DNA of 24,000 nt from Corynebacterium macginleyi (GTDB lineage: Bacteria; Actinomycetota; Actinomycetes; Mycobacteriales; Mycobacteriaceae), in assembly GCF_003688935.1 (NCBI RefSeq), contig NZ_REGE01000005.1:81867-105866 (forward strand), written 5' to 3'. Shown here one piece after another: positions 9,497 to 18,536 of the stretch (its first letter is position 1; every line of letters begins with the position of its first letter). The position numbers and the translations under genes were made by a program. Under the pieces are notes generated by a model that was not told the origin of the DNA, searched no databases, and saw only the letters and a program-made list of their open reading frames with translations.

Positions 9497-10209
9497 GCGA
9501 GGCGTACCAGGTAGGAACCACAGTCGCTGCACTGCGGTAACTCATCAGCAGGCGCATTGCGCACGGCGCTTTTATCGACGGGTGGTAATACAATGAAACA
9601 GCCACCACAAGCCCGGTTGCCCTTGAACTGCGCGGCGCCGACGCCGTTTTCTTGCCGCTGCGCGTCGTATTCCGCAAGGGCATCGGAGGGCAGTTGTTCG
9701 CGCAAATCCGCGATACGCACGGCGGGATCGGGCTGGTTATCCGCGGCCTCTTGCGCGGCTTCCGCGGCGCGGCGCAGCATTTCTAGCTTGCGCTCGGACT
9801 CCGACACGCGCGCGCCGTGCACATCCAGGTTGGACCGTAGCGCATGGATCTCATTGTGTGCTTCTTGCAGCTCACTCATCAAATCCGCGATGCGGGACTT
9901 GGTGGCGTAAAGATCGTGTTCAATATCCTTGCGCTTCTTAGCATTCAATTCAGCGCCGAGCTGGCCCTTGTCATCGCGTTCGCGCCTGCGCAGCTTGCGT
10001 TCATCGGCCTGGATGCGCAGGATTTCATTTTCCATATCATCGACAGCCATTTGCGCGGAACCGGAGGCATCGAGCAAGCGCTTATGTTCTTGTTGCGCCT
10101 TGTCGTATTCGATCTTTTCCGCCAGCTCTTTATTCCCGCCAATGCCTTGCGAGCGTTCCAAGTTGGCCAATTCCAGCAGGACCGGTTGTAGTTCTGGCGA
10201 CAATTTCAC
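9493..10209 (-). CDS. Zinc-ribbon (C4-type) coiled-coil protein
   Basis: 238 aa, GTG start; long coiled-coil followed by CGGCFIVLPPVDKSAVRNAPADELPQCSDCGSYLVR. Confidence 0.88.
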   Translation of the reverse strand: MKLSPELQPVLLELANLERSQGIGGNKELAEKIEYDKAQQEHKRLLDASGSAQMAVDDMENEILRIQADERKLRRRERDDKGQLGAELNAKKRKDIEHDLYATKSRIADLMSELQEAHNEIHALRSNLDVHGARVSESERKLEMLRRAAEAAQEAADNQPDPAVRIADLREQLPSDALAEYDAQRQENGVGAAQFKGNRACGGCFIVLPPVDKSAVRNAPADELPQCSDCGSYLVRLA

Positions 10210-11352
10210 TTATGACTCCTTTGGGCGTGCGGAGATGGTCCACGGATCAGTTCGCAGACTAATAATTTCCGTATTTAGTTCTAATGCTGTTTCTACAATA
10301 TCGCGTGCTTGTGCCGTCCAGGGAAATTCGCTGGCCCAGTGGGCGGTATCGATGACCGCTGGTCCTCCGCCACGCAGATGCTCGTCCACCGGGTGGTGAC
10401 GTAGATCGGAAGTGACGTAGACATCGACACCCAGCCGCGCCACGGCCTCGAGGAAGGAATCCCCTGCGCCGGACGAGACCGCCACGGTGCGCACCCTCTG
10501 CTCCGGGTCGCCCGCGGCTCTGATGCCCCAGGCGGTTTCAGGCAGGGCGTTGGCCACCTGTTGCGTAAACTCCCGCAGGCTCATCTCGCGGGGCAGCTCG
10601 CCCACGCGTCCCAACCCCAGTGCGGTATCGAGATCACCACTTCCGGACGTTTTCACGATGTCATAGGCGGGCACCTCATACGGGTGCACCTCATGCAGCG
10701 CCGCAATCAACGGGGCCCGCAGCGAGGCGGGAGCCACAAACTCCACCCGCACTTCTTCGCCGCGGTGCAGCTTGCCGATGTCCCCTTCTACCGGCTCCGC
10801 GCCCTCCTCCGGCTGAAATTGTCCGGCGCCTGAAATATCAAAGCAGCAATGAGAATAGGCACCGATGTGGCCAGCGCCGGCATTAAAAAGCGCCTCCTTT
10901 ACCTGCTCCACGCTGCCGGTAGGAATATGCACTCCCCACTTATCTATGGTCTCTGGCTCCTCCGGCACGATGGGCCGACCTGGGTTAATGCCAACGAGTT
11001 CCGCGAGCTTATCATTAACCCCTGGGCGGGCTTTATCGGCGTTGGTGTGGGCGGCAAAAAGCGCCACACCATTTTTAATCAGGGTATGTACGACTCTACC
11101 TTTGGGGGTATCGGCCGCCACGGATTCCACTCCGCGCAATAGCAGCGGGTGGTGGACTACCAACATGTCTGCGCCAAGCTCAACTGCGCGAGCCGCTACT
11201 TCTTGAGTGCATTCCAAGGCAAAGGCGACGGTGCGCACCTCGTCTGCGGGATCGCCGCAGATTAGCCCCACCGCATCCCACTTTTCGGCCAAATGGGGCG
11301 GATAGGCCTTATCCAAAACGCGGCGCACATCGCCCACTCGCACAGCAGACAT
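10210..11352 (-). CDS. Nif3-like dinuclear metal-centre hexameric protein
   Basis: 380 aa; KWDAVGLICGDPADEV, DMLVVHHPLLLRGVESVAADTPKG, HTNADKARPGVNDKLAE, VYVTSDLRHHPVDEHL motifs of the NIF3 family. Confidence 0.93.
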   Translation of the reverse strand: MSAVRVGDVRRVLDKAYPPHLAEKWDAVGLICGDPADEVRTVAFALECTQEVAARAVELGADMLVVHHPLLLRGVESVAADTPKGRVVHTLIKNGVALFAAHTNADKARPGVNDKLAELVGINPGRPIVPEEPETIDKWGVHIPTGSVEQVKEALFNAGAGHIGAYSHCCFDISGAGQFQPEEGAEPVEGDIGKLHRGEEVRVEFVAPASLRAPLIAALHEVHPYEVPAYDIVKTSGSGDLDTALGLGRVGELPREMSLREFTQQVANALPETAWGIRAAGDPEQRVRTVAVSSGAGDSFLEAVARLGVDVYVTSDLRHHPVDEHLRGGGPAVIDTAHWASEFPWTAQARDIVETALELNTEIISLRTDPWTISARPKES

Positions 11353-11452
11353 GGGGATACTCCTTTATGGTCGTTTACGCTCGATTCTTGTAAATTACAC
11401 TAGTGCTATATCCTGCCCCCACTACAGTACTATCTGCGCAAAGGGTTTTCGC

Positions 11453-11944
11453 ATGACTGAATCTTCTTCTCACTCGGGTCTCTACCTTGTCTTCGTGTGC
11501 ACCGGCAATATCTGCCGCTCACCCATGGCCGAAATTATCGTCCGCGATGAATTGGAAGATGCCATGCTTGACCTCGTCGCCACCGTGGATTCCTGCGGAC
11601 TTGGCGGCTGGCACGTAGGGCAAGGCGCAGATGAAAGGGCCGTTGCAGAATTGCGCCGCGCCGGACACGATGGGGCCTCGCACCGCGCAACCAAATTGGG
11701 CGAAGAACACATGGACGCTGACCTATTCCTTGCGATGGATTCCGGTCACTACGATTCACTCATCGATGCGGGCATTGAGCCTGCCAAGGTCCGGCTAATG
11801 CGCAGCTTCGATCCGAGTGCGCCGGAAGGCGCTGAGGTCGCCGACCCTTACTATGGCACCGAAAAAGACTTCGAAACCACGCGCAAAAATATCGAAGCCG
11901 CCGTTCCCGGCCTGCTGGATTGGATTCGCGAGAACCACGACTAA
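11453..11944 (+). CDS. Low-molecular-weight protein-tyrosine-phosphatase
   Basis: YLVFVCTGNICRSPMAEII (CX5RS loop) and DLFLAMDSGHYDSL. ATG at 11453 is the natural start rather than 11351 in the track. Confidence 0.93.
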   Translation: MTESSSHSGLYLVFVCTGNICRSPMAEIIVRDELEDAMLDLVATVDSCGLGGWHVGQGADERAVAELRRAGHDGASHRATKLGEEHMDADLFLAMDSGHYDSLIDAGIEPAKVRLMRSFDPSAPEGAEVADPYYGTEKDFETTRKNIEAAVPGLLDWIRENHD

Positions 11945-11954
11945 ACTTGGGGGC

Positions 11955-12920
11955 ATGCTAAAGACGTTCCTCAAGCCTGGCTGGGTGCTCATGCTACTTT
12001 TCGTGGTGGCATTTTCCTACCTGGCCTTTAGCGTCCTTGCCCCATGGCAATTGGGAAAGGACGAAGACATTGTAGAACGCAATGAAAACATCACGCATGC
12101 CTACGAGGCCGACCCACAGCCGGTTGAGCAGCTCTTAGATGAAGACGGCGCCATTTCCGGTGATGAATGGTCCCGCGCCACACTCACGGGGCACTACCTG
12201 GCCGAAAAGGAAGTCTTGCTTCGCCTGCGCCCCGCCGGCTCCGGTCCGTCCTATCAGTCCTTGGTGCCTTTCCGCACCGACGGAGGCCTGACCATGCTAG
12301 TTAACCGTGGTTGGATAAGCGCCAAGGAAGGCAATGCGGTCCCGGATATCCCGCCCGCTCCCTCTGAAAAGGTGAGCATTACCGGCATGGTGCGCTCAAA
12401 TGAGGCAGAGCATCAAACCTCCCCCATCACACAGGAAGGCTACCGGCAGGTCTATTCCATCCACACGCAGCAGGTGGGCTCGCTTATCGGTGTCGACTTA
12501 GGCCATGATTACATCCAGCTCTCTGAAGGCCAGCCGGGGGTACTCACTGCCATGCCCATCCCGCAACTCGACCGCGGCAACCACCTTTCCTATGGCTACC
12601 AGTGGATTGCCTTCGGTATTATGGCTCCGCTAGGTTTGGGCTACTTTATATGGTCCGAGATCCGCGAGCGCCGCCGCCTGCACGAAGAAGAAGCCGCTAT
12701 GCAGGCCCTCGACGCGGATGCAGAATCGCTTGCCGATGCCACCACCGAGACCGAATCTCACGCCGGGGCTACCTCGCAGCCCGAACCACACACACAGTCG
12801 TCAAGCTCTGCCTCGCATACGTATGCCGCTGCGCTGCGCAACCGCTCACGCTACGGAGATTCCAAACCGGACCACTATGCCAAGCTGAAAAAACGCCGCC
12901 GCGAGCGCTACGAACCGTAG
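11955..12920 (+). CDS. SURF1 family protein (cytochrome oxidase biogenesis)
   Basis: Starts MLKTFLKPGWVLMLLFVVAFSYLAFSVLAPWQLGKDED; contains MLVNRGWI and C-terminal transmembrane helix YQWIAFGIMAPLGLGYF; charged/proline-rich tail. Confidence 0.88.
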   Translation: MLKTFLKPGWVLMLLFVVAFSYLAFSVLAPWQLGKDEDIVERNENITHAYEADPQPVEQLLDEDGAISGDEWSRATLTGHYLAEKEVLLRLRPAGSGPSYQSLVPFRTDGGLTMLVNRGWISAKEGNAVPDIPPAPSEKVSITGMVRSNEAEHQTSPITQEGYRQVYSIHTQQVGSLIGVDLGHDYIQLSEGQPGVLTAMPIPQLDRGNHLSYGYQWIAFGIMAPLGLGYFIWSEIRERRRLHEEEAAMQALDADAESLADATTETESHAGATSQPEPHTQSSSSASHTYAAALRNRSRYGDSKPDHYAKLKKRRRERYEP

Positions 12921-13045
12921 TCGTGGGCTAGCCAGGGCGCTGTCTCGGCCGCATATTTGCCCACACGGAGGCGACTGAGTTCACGACAAAATTGTCACCC
13001 TGTTTCTGCGAATGCAATCGTGATACTTGATAGGTCAGCCGGGAC

Positions 13046-13273
13046 ATGCTTGACACTATGAACAGCCCCAATCGCAACCTCGCCATCGTCACAGCAGTCC
13101 GTGAGCAAGAGCGCAGTCCATCTAAAGTAGTCAAGGAATGCAGAATCTCTCGCCTACGCGTCTACCAAATCCTTAATGCCTCCGACAACAGAGGCACCCA
13201 ACCCATCGGACCGAAATCCCGCGCCCCGCGCACTCGACCCCAAGCCGTTCCAGACGCACATTTTGCTACTTAA
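13046..13273 (+). pseudogene. N-terminal fragment of an IS481-like/integrase-catalytic-type transposase
   Basis: NLAIVTAVREQERSPSKVVKECRISRLRVYQILNASDNRGTQPIGPKSRAPRTRPQAVPDA resembles the HTH plus '(P)RSRxPxxxPxxxP' linker of IS481-type transposases, then stops; no DDE domain follows. Confidence 0.5.
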
Positions 13274-13423
13274 CCCCCTATTCACCCCATGAGGCCGACC
13301 GTAGACGCACCGAAACCAGCTATCTCACCTATCAAGGTGAGAAGTCTGCTCCCTGGGGGACTTATCGCCGGTTTCACGTTCTTTAAAACTAAAAAGTTAA
13401 CTTTTAACAACATACGGCTGCCG

Positions 13424-13722
13424 ATGGTTGAAGCTCTTATACAAATCGCCGAGGCGCGAGGTTACCCATCCGGTGGCATCGCGGCGGCCCACCCCGGACA
13501 CGACGGAGTACACGAGTTCCGCGCCGACCGCTTCGCAGCACGCCTCCTTATCTCCCCTGTCGAATACGCCGCTGCAGAAACCATCTACGGACCACATCCA
13601 GCACCCTGGCCAACGAACTCGGTGCTACGGCCAAAGTCCTCACAAGCTGGCAAGCTCTACATGAAAGAAAGCCAGTACTCCCCGTGTTAACACACCATTT
13701 CCAAATTCAGATATGTAAATAA
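13424..13722 (+). pseudogene. Degenerate ImmA/IrrE-like phage metallopeptidase remnant
   Basis: HPGHDGVHEFRADRFAARLLISPVEYAAAETIYGPHP in one frame, continuing one frame over as LANELGATAKVLTSWQALHERKPVLPVLT. HExxH is not recognisable. Confidence 0.6.
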
Positions 13723-13751
13723 AGCTCAAACCCGTTACCGAAAGGAAAATC

Positions 13752-14048
13752 GTGTTCAAGTTTAAGAAGTGTGTGGCTACTGTTGCTATTGCTACGGCGA
13801 TAGGTTGCGGGTCCCCTGCTGTGGCGTCCGCTGCGCCGGTAGTACCTGCCGCAACGAGCAGCTCCGACGAGCTGTTTCAAGCATATGCGATTGCTTTGAG
13901 CATTGGAGCTGCGGCTTTCTACGGCCTCCCCAAAGAGGCACAAGACTGGATTCTTAGCAATTCCGCGATTCTAAAAATGCTCAATTTCCAGTCCAACAAG
14001 GCTAGTGAGGATTATGCCCGTATGAAGGCCTCGCTGACTGAAAGCTAA
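13752..14048 (+). CDS. Small putative secreted protein (98 aa)
   Basis: RBS AAAGGA 5 nt before GTG start; signal peptide MFKFKKCVATVAIATAIGCGSPAVASA followed by a ~70-aa mature region; no frameshift. Confidence 0.62.
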   Translation: MFKFKKCVATVAIATAIGCGSPAVASAAPVVPAATSSSDELFQAYAIALSIGAAAFYGLPKEAQDWILSNSAILKMLNFQSNKASEDYARMKASLTES

Positions 14049-14100
14049 GACCACAACCACTTCAGGACGTAACAAGACGCAAAAAGGGGCCACTTGGTTT

Positions 14101-14378
14101 ATACCGAGTGGCCCTACCCATGCGGTGAATCGGTGCGTGAAGGATGGGCATATCCCTGGACGGTTGACTCCCTACGGCTTGCGGCATGTGGCGGCGGGGC
14201 TGATGTTAGCGTCTGGTGCGTCGGTGAAAGCGGTACAAAAGCAGTTGAGGCATAAGTCTGCGATGCTCACCCTCGATACGTGTGCGGACTTGGTTGTGGT
14301 GACCTTGATGAGGTGGCGGGCCGGATGGATGAGAGGCTTCGTGAAATACCGTCGGGCGCGCCGTGCTTTTCAAGGTAG
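14101..14378 (+). pseudogene. Frameshifted C-terminal remnant of a tyrosine recombinase (phage integrase)
   Basis: HIPGRLTPYGLRHVAAGLMLASGASVKAVQKQLRHKSAMLTLDTCADL then, one frame over, GDLDEVAGRMDERLREI: the C-terminal catalytic region of tyrosine recombinases, with the catalytic Tyr position read as Cys. Confidence 0.82.
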
Positions 14379-14401
14379 CGTTTTTGTCGTGGGATTGAGT
14401 A

Positions 14402-14435
14402 AGACCCCTATTCCGATTTCTCGAAAAAGGGGTCT
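14402..14435. terminator. Stem-loop between integrase remnant and tRNA-Val
   Basis: AGACCCCT ... AGGGGTCT perfect 8-bp arms with an inner CGA/TCG helix. No long T tract, so termination is uncertain. Confidence 0.4.
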
Positions 14436-14442
14436 AATCTGG

Positions 14443-14515
14443 TGCGGCCTGAGGGGATCGAACCCCCGACCTATTGGGTGTAAACCAATTGCTCTTCCAG
14501 CTGAGCTAAAGCCGC
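14443..14515 (-). tRNA. tRNA-Val (anticodon UAC)
   Basis: Minus strand GCGGCTTTAGCTCAGCTGGAAGAGCAATTGGTTTACACCCAATAGGTCGGGGGTTCGATCCCCTCAGGCCGCA folds into a cloverleaf; anticodon loop TTTACAC. Confidence 0.95.
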
Positions 14516-14582
14516 ATGCGCCCTTGCGCTGTCATGTACAGTAGCGCAAGCTTATAAAGCAACACAAATCAGCTGGTAAAGA

Positions 14583-14981
14583 CTATTTTTTGGTGTATCC
14601 ACGCTGGACCAGGCAGGAGCCTTGCCACTCACCTAAACGCTCAGCTTTGGTTTGTACCAAGCCAGCCAGCTGCGCCGATTCAGAAATGAGCCCGGGTTCA
14701 ACAGTACCCGGCTTGCCTGCACCCGGGGTCAGCAACCAAACAGCACCGTTATCCGCGAGCGGGCGACTGGCATCGACCAAACCGTCCACGAGGTCACCGT
14801 CTTCCTCGCGCCACCAGAGAAGGACTACATCGCACAGTTCATCATTTTCCTCTTCGAGGAAATCCTCACCGAGTACGGCTTCGATCGATTCAGAGATTGT
14901 AGTGTCACAATCCTCGTCCCACCCAAGCTCTAGAGCGATCTGCCCTTCCTTGATTCCGAGCTTGACAGCAGCGTCAGCCAC
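14583..14981 (-). CDS. DUF3052 domain-containing protein
   Basis: 132 aa: KLGIKEGQIALELGWDEDCD...DVVLLWWREEDGDLVDGLVDASRPLADNGAVWLLTPGAGKPGTVEP; located divergently upstream of aceE as in related genomes. Confidence 0.88.
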   Translation of the reverse strand: MADAAVKLGIKEGQIALELGWDEDCDTTISESIEAVLGEDFLEEENDELCDVVLLWWREEDGDLVDGLVDASRPLADNGAVWLLTPGAGKPGTVEPGLISESAQLAGLVQTKAERLGEWQGSCLVQRGYTKK

Positions 14982-15338
14982 TATGCATTTCCTTCCTTAA
15001 CCAGTGAATTCTTTCCCACACCCCACCTGCGCATAACACGGAGGGCGAGCGTTATTACATGTAGTGTAACGTCCCAGGGCGTTTTTTACTTGCTATAGCA
15101 CCCCCTTCGATCAATTTTCAGGGCTTTTCTACCCACATCGGGATCTGTTTTGGGGAACAAATAGTGCCGTTTAGGGGTCTTCTACCCACGTTTGTTCGCT
15201 GCCCTAGGGCCGTAAACCGCAGGTGGTGAGGGGGTCACTGGAAAGCGCCGTGTTTTATCCGGACTAGACTCCCACTCACGATCAGGGAACGCGTATCGTA
15301 GGAGTTAAACTTTGCAGACCCTAAATTAGGAGGTTTAC

Positions 15339-18083
15339 ATGGCCGAGACGGACCCCGCCAAGGGCGATTCCAACTTTCCCCTTATCCGCGATGGTGTTGC
15401 ATCGTACCTTCACGATAGCGACCCAGAAGAAACTCGCGAGTGGATGGATTCCCTCGATGGTCTGCTAGACCATTCAGATCACGAACGCGCACGCTACCTG
15501 ATGCTGCGCCTTCTGGAGCGCGCCACCGCTAAACGCGTGGAGCTCCCTTCGTTGACGTCGACGGACTTCGTCAACACCATTCCCACCGACATGGAGCCGG
15601 AATTTCCTGGCGATGAGGAGCTAGAAAAGCGCTACCGACGTTGGATCCGCTGGAACGCTGCCATCATGGTGCACCGCGCGCAACGCCCCGGCATTGGCGT
15701 CGGTGGGCATATCTCCACCTATGCGGGTGCCGCCCCACTCTACGAAGTCGGACTCAACCACTTCTTTAAAGGCAAAGACGATCCTTCAGGCGGCGATCAG
15801 GTCTTCTTCCAGGGCCACGCCTCCCCAGGAATGTACGCCCGCGCCTACATGGAAGGTCGCCTCTCTGAGGAGGATCTCGACGGCTTCCGTCAAGAAGTCT
15901 CCTTAGGTGAAGGCAAGGGTCTGCCTTCTTATCCGCACCCGCGCCTGATGCCATGGTTCTGGGAATTCCCCACCGTCTCCATGGGTCTAGGGCCAGTCAA
16001 CGCTATTTACCAAGCACGCTTCAATAAGTACCTAGAAACCCGCGGCATCAAGGACACCTCAAAGCAGCACGTCTGGGCTTTCCTGGGCGATGGCGAGATG
16101 GACGAGCCAGAATCCCGCGGCCTGCTGCAGACTGCTGCGTTGTACGAGCTGGATAACCTCACTTTCGTAATCAACTGCAACCTGCAGCGTCTCGACGGCC
16201 CAGTGCGCGGTAACACCCAGATCATTCAGGAACTAGAGTCTTTCTTCCGCGGCGCTGGCTGGGACGTCATCAAGGTCATTTGGGGCCGCGGTTGGGACAA
16301 GCTGCTGGAAAAGGACACCGAAGGTGCCCTCGTCAACGTAATGAATGCCACCTCAGACGGTGATTATCAGACCTTCAAGGCTAACGACGGCGCCTATGTG
16401 CGCGAGCACTTCTTCGGCCGCGATGAGCGCACCGCTAAGCTGGTAGAAGACATCACCGATGAAGAGATTTGGGCGCTACGTCGCGGTGGCCACGACTACC
16501 GCAAGGTCTATGCAGCGTACGCTCGCGCCCTGGAGAACAAGGGCTCGGGCAAGCCGACCGTCATCTTGGCCCACACCATTAAGGGCTACGGCTTGGGCCA
16601 CAACTTCGAAGGCCGCAACGCTACCCACCAAATGAAAAAGCTGACGCTGGAGGATATCAAGAACTTCCGCGACAAGCAGGAGATCCCATTCTCTGATGAA
16701 GAGCTAGAAAAGGACCCATACCTGCCACCGTACTACCACCCGGGTAAGGATTCTCCGGAAATTAAGTACATGCTGGAGCGCCGTAAAGAACTCGGCGGCT
16801 TCCTCCCTGAGCGCCGCGCGGACTTCACTCCGCTGGAAGCACCTGCTTTGGACAAGCTGCGCTCCGTACGCAAGGGTTCTGGCAAGCAGGAAGTCGCTAC
16901 CACCATGGCCTTGGTGCGCACTTTCAAGGAAGTCATGCGCAATAAGGAACTAGGCAAGCGAATCGTGCCCATCATCCCGGATGAGGCCCGTACCTTCGGT
17001 ATGGACTCCTGGTTCCCCACCATGAAGATTTGGAACCCGCGCGGTCAGAACTATGTGCCGGTGGACCACGACCTGATGTTGTCCTACCGCGAGGCCGCCG
17101 ATGGCCAGATCATGCACGAGGGCATTTCTGAAGCCGGTGCGGCGGCATCTTTTACCGCCGCCGCAACCTCGTATGCCACCCAGGGCGAGGCCATGATTCC
17201 GCTGTACATCTTCTACTCGATGTTCGGGTTCCAGCGCACTGGCGATGCCTTCTGGGCCGCCGGCGACCAGCTGGGCCGCGGCTTTATCATCGGCGCTACC
17301 GCCGGCCGTACCACCCTAACTGGTGAGGGCCTCCAGCACATGGACGGCCACTCGCCTATCCTGGCAGGCACCAACCCGGCAGTCATTTCTTACGACCCGG
17401 CCTTCGGCTTTGAAATTGCGCATCTTGTAGCGCGCGGTATCGAGCGCATGTACGGCAAGGACAGCGAGCCGGTCATGTACTATCTCACCGTGTACAACGA
17501 GCCAGTCCGTCAACCGGCTGAGCCGGAGGACTTGGACGTGGAAGGCCTGCACAAGGGTATCTACCACTTCAATACCGCTGAGAATGGCTCTATCCCGGCT
17601 AATATCCTGGCTTCGGGTGTCGGCATGCACGAGGCTCTTCGCGCTCAAGAGATTCTGGCTGAAGACTACGATGTCAGGACCTCATTGTTCTCCGTGACCT
17701 CTTGGAACGAACTAGCCCGCGACGGTGCCCGCCGCAATAAGGAGGCGTTGCGCAAAGGTGAGGAGCCCTCCGAGGCATTCGCTACCTCCCAGCTCAAGGA
17801 CTTCGAAGGCCCATTCGTCGGTGTCTCGGACTTCACCACCGAGTTGCAGGAGCAGATTCGTCCCTACGTCCCTGGTACCTACATCACGTTGGGGGCAGAC
17901 GGCTTCGGCTTCTCCGATACGCGCGAGGGCGCTCGCCGCTTCTTCAATATTGACGCGGAATCGATCATCGTCGCCGTGCTCGATGGTCTTGCTCGGGAAG
18001 GCAAGATTGATCGCTCCGTCGTAGAAAAGGCAGCCTCCGAACTGAAGTTGGATGACCCGACTGCACCTAATAGCGGCGAGTAA
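15339..18083 (+). CDS. aceE: Pyruvate dehydrogenase E1 component (homodimeric)
   Basis: 914 aa; TPP-binding [45 protein letters not shown], plus [24 protein letters not shown]. Confidence 0.97.
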   Translation: MAETDPAKGDSNFPLIRDGVASYLHDSDPEETREWMDSLDGLLDHSDHERARYLMLRLLERATAKRVELPSLTSTDFVNTIPTDMEPEFPGDEELEKRYRRWIRWNAAIMVHRAQRPGIGVGGHISTYAGAAPLYEVGLNHFFKGKDDPSGGDQVFFQGHASPGMYARAYMEGRLSEEDLDGFRQEVSLGEGKGLPSYPHPRLMPWFWEFPTVSMGLGPVNAIYQARFNKYLETRGIKDTSKQHVWAFLGDGEMDEPESRGLLQTAALYELDNLTFVINCNLQRLDGPVRGNTQIIQELESFFRGAGWDVIKVIWGRGWDKLLEKDTEGALVNVMNATSDGDYQTFKANDGAYVREHFFGRDERTAKLVEDITDEEIWALRRGGHDYRKVYAAYARALENKGSGKPTVILAHTIKGYGLGHNFEGRNATHQMKKLTLEDIKNFRDKQEIPFSDEELEKDPYLPPYYHPGKDSPEIKYMLERRKELGGFLPERRADFTPLEAPALDKLRSVRKGSGKQEVATTMALVRTFKEVMRNKELGKRIVPIIPDEARTFGMDSWFPTMKIWNPRGQNYVPVDHDLMLSYREAADGQIMHEGISEAGAAASFTAAATSYATQGEAMIPLYIFYSMFGFQRTGDAFWAAGDQLGRGFIIGATAGRTTLTGEGLQHMDGHSPILAGTNPAVISYDPAFGFEIAHLVARGIERMYGKDSEPVMYYLTVYNEPVRQPAEPEDLDVEGLHKGIYHFNTAENGSIPANILASGVGMHEALRAQEILAEDYDVRTSLFSVTSWNELARDGARRNKEALRKGEEPSEAFATSQLKDFEGPFVGVSDFTTELQEQIRPYVPGTYITLGADGFGFSDTREGARRFFNIDAESIIVAVLDGLAREGKIDRSVVEKAASELKLDDPTAPNSGE

Positions 18084-18115
18084 CCCCTCCTACACGTCCA
18101 CAACAAAGATATAAC

Positions 18116-18150
18116 TCAGGCGCTTCCGGCTTAGTGCTGGAAGCGCCTGA
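18116..18150 (+). terminator. Intrinsic-terminator-like hairpin downstream of aceE
   Basis: TCAGGCGCTTCC...GGAAGCGCCTGA perfect 12-bp arms, followed by AATATTTTT. Confidence 0.7.
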
Positions 18151-18236
18151 AATATTTTTAAACCCTCACCTTCTCCCCGATACCGCCTGTCCGTATTTCC
18201 CTATGCAGCGGGCTGATCACTACTACACTGAGCACT

Positions 18237-18536
18237 ATGGCAAATGACCTCAGTGCCCAATTACAGGCAAAGTTCCAGGGTTCTGCTCCGGATAAGGACC
18301 AAAAACCGGATCAGGATACGTTGGGCGAACTCATCGCTCTCATCGTCAAAGTCACCGCTACAGAGGCTGAACTTGGCAGAGACACTGCGCTCTCGGATGT
18401 TGGTGTTGAATCCCTCGAGCTTATAGAGCTTACCGTACGTGCAGAGGAGCTTTTTAAGGTGCGCCTTACTGAGGAAACAATGCTTAACTGCGACACCATC
18501 GGCGATATCGCTGACTATTTGGAGGACCACCAATGA
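18237..18536 (+). CDS. Acyl carrier protein
   Basis: 99 aa; TALSDVGVESLELIELTVRAEELFKVRLTEETMLNCDTIGDIADYL, with phosphopantetheine Ser in a variant 'ESL' context. Confidence 0.92.
   Translation: MANDLSAQLQAKFQGSAPDKDQKPDQDTLGELIALIVKVTATEAELGRDTALSDVGVESLELIELTVRAEELFKVRLTEETMLNCDTIGDIADYLEDHQ

Noticed and set aside
13046-14442. Functional defence island or toxin-antitoxin module beside the tRNA
   Set aside because: Recognisable mobile genes are truncated or frameshifted, and no paired toxin/antitoxin or nuclease/helicase genes are present.
14443-14515. attL/attR duplication of the tRNA-Val 3' end
   Set aside because: No second copy of the tRNA 3' segment was noticed elsewhere in the window, so element boundaries are not claimed.
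14125-14544. 139-aa ORF as an intact gene
   Set aside because: Only the first ~54 residues resemble an integrase. The rest is out-of-frame sequence running into the tRNA-Val gene, so it is treated as a pseudogene.
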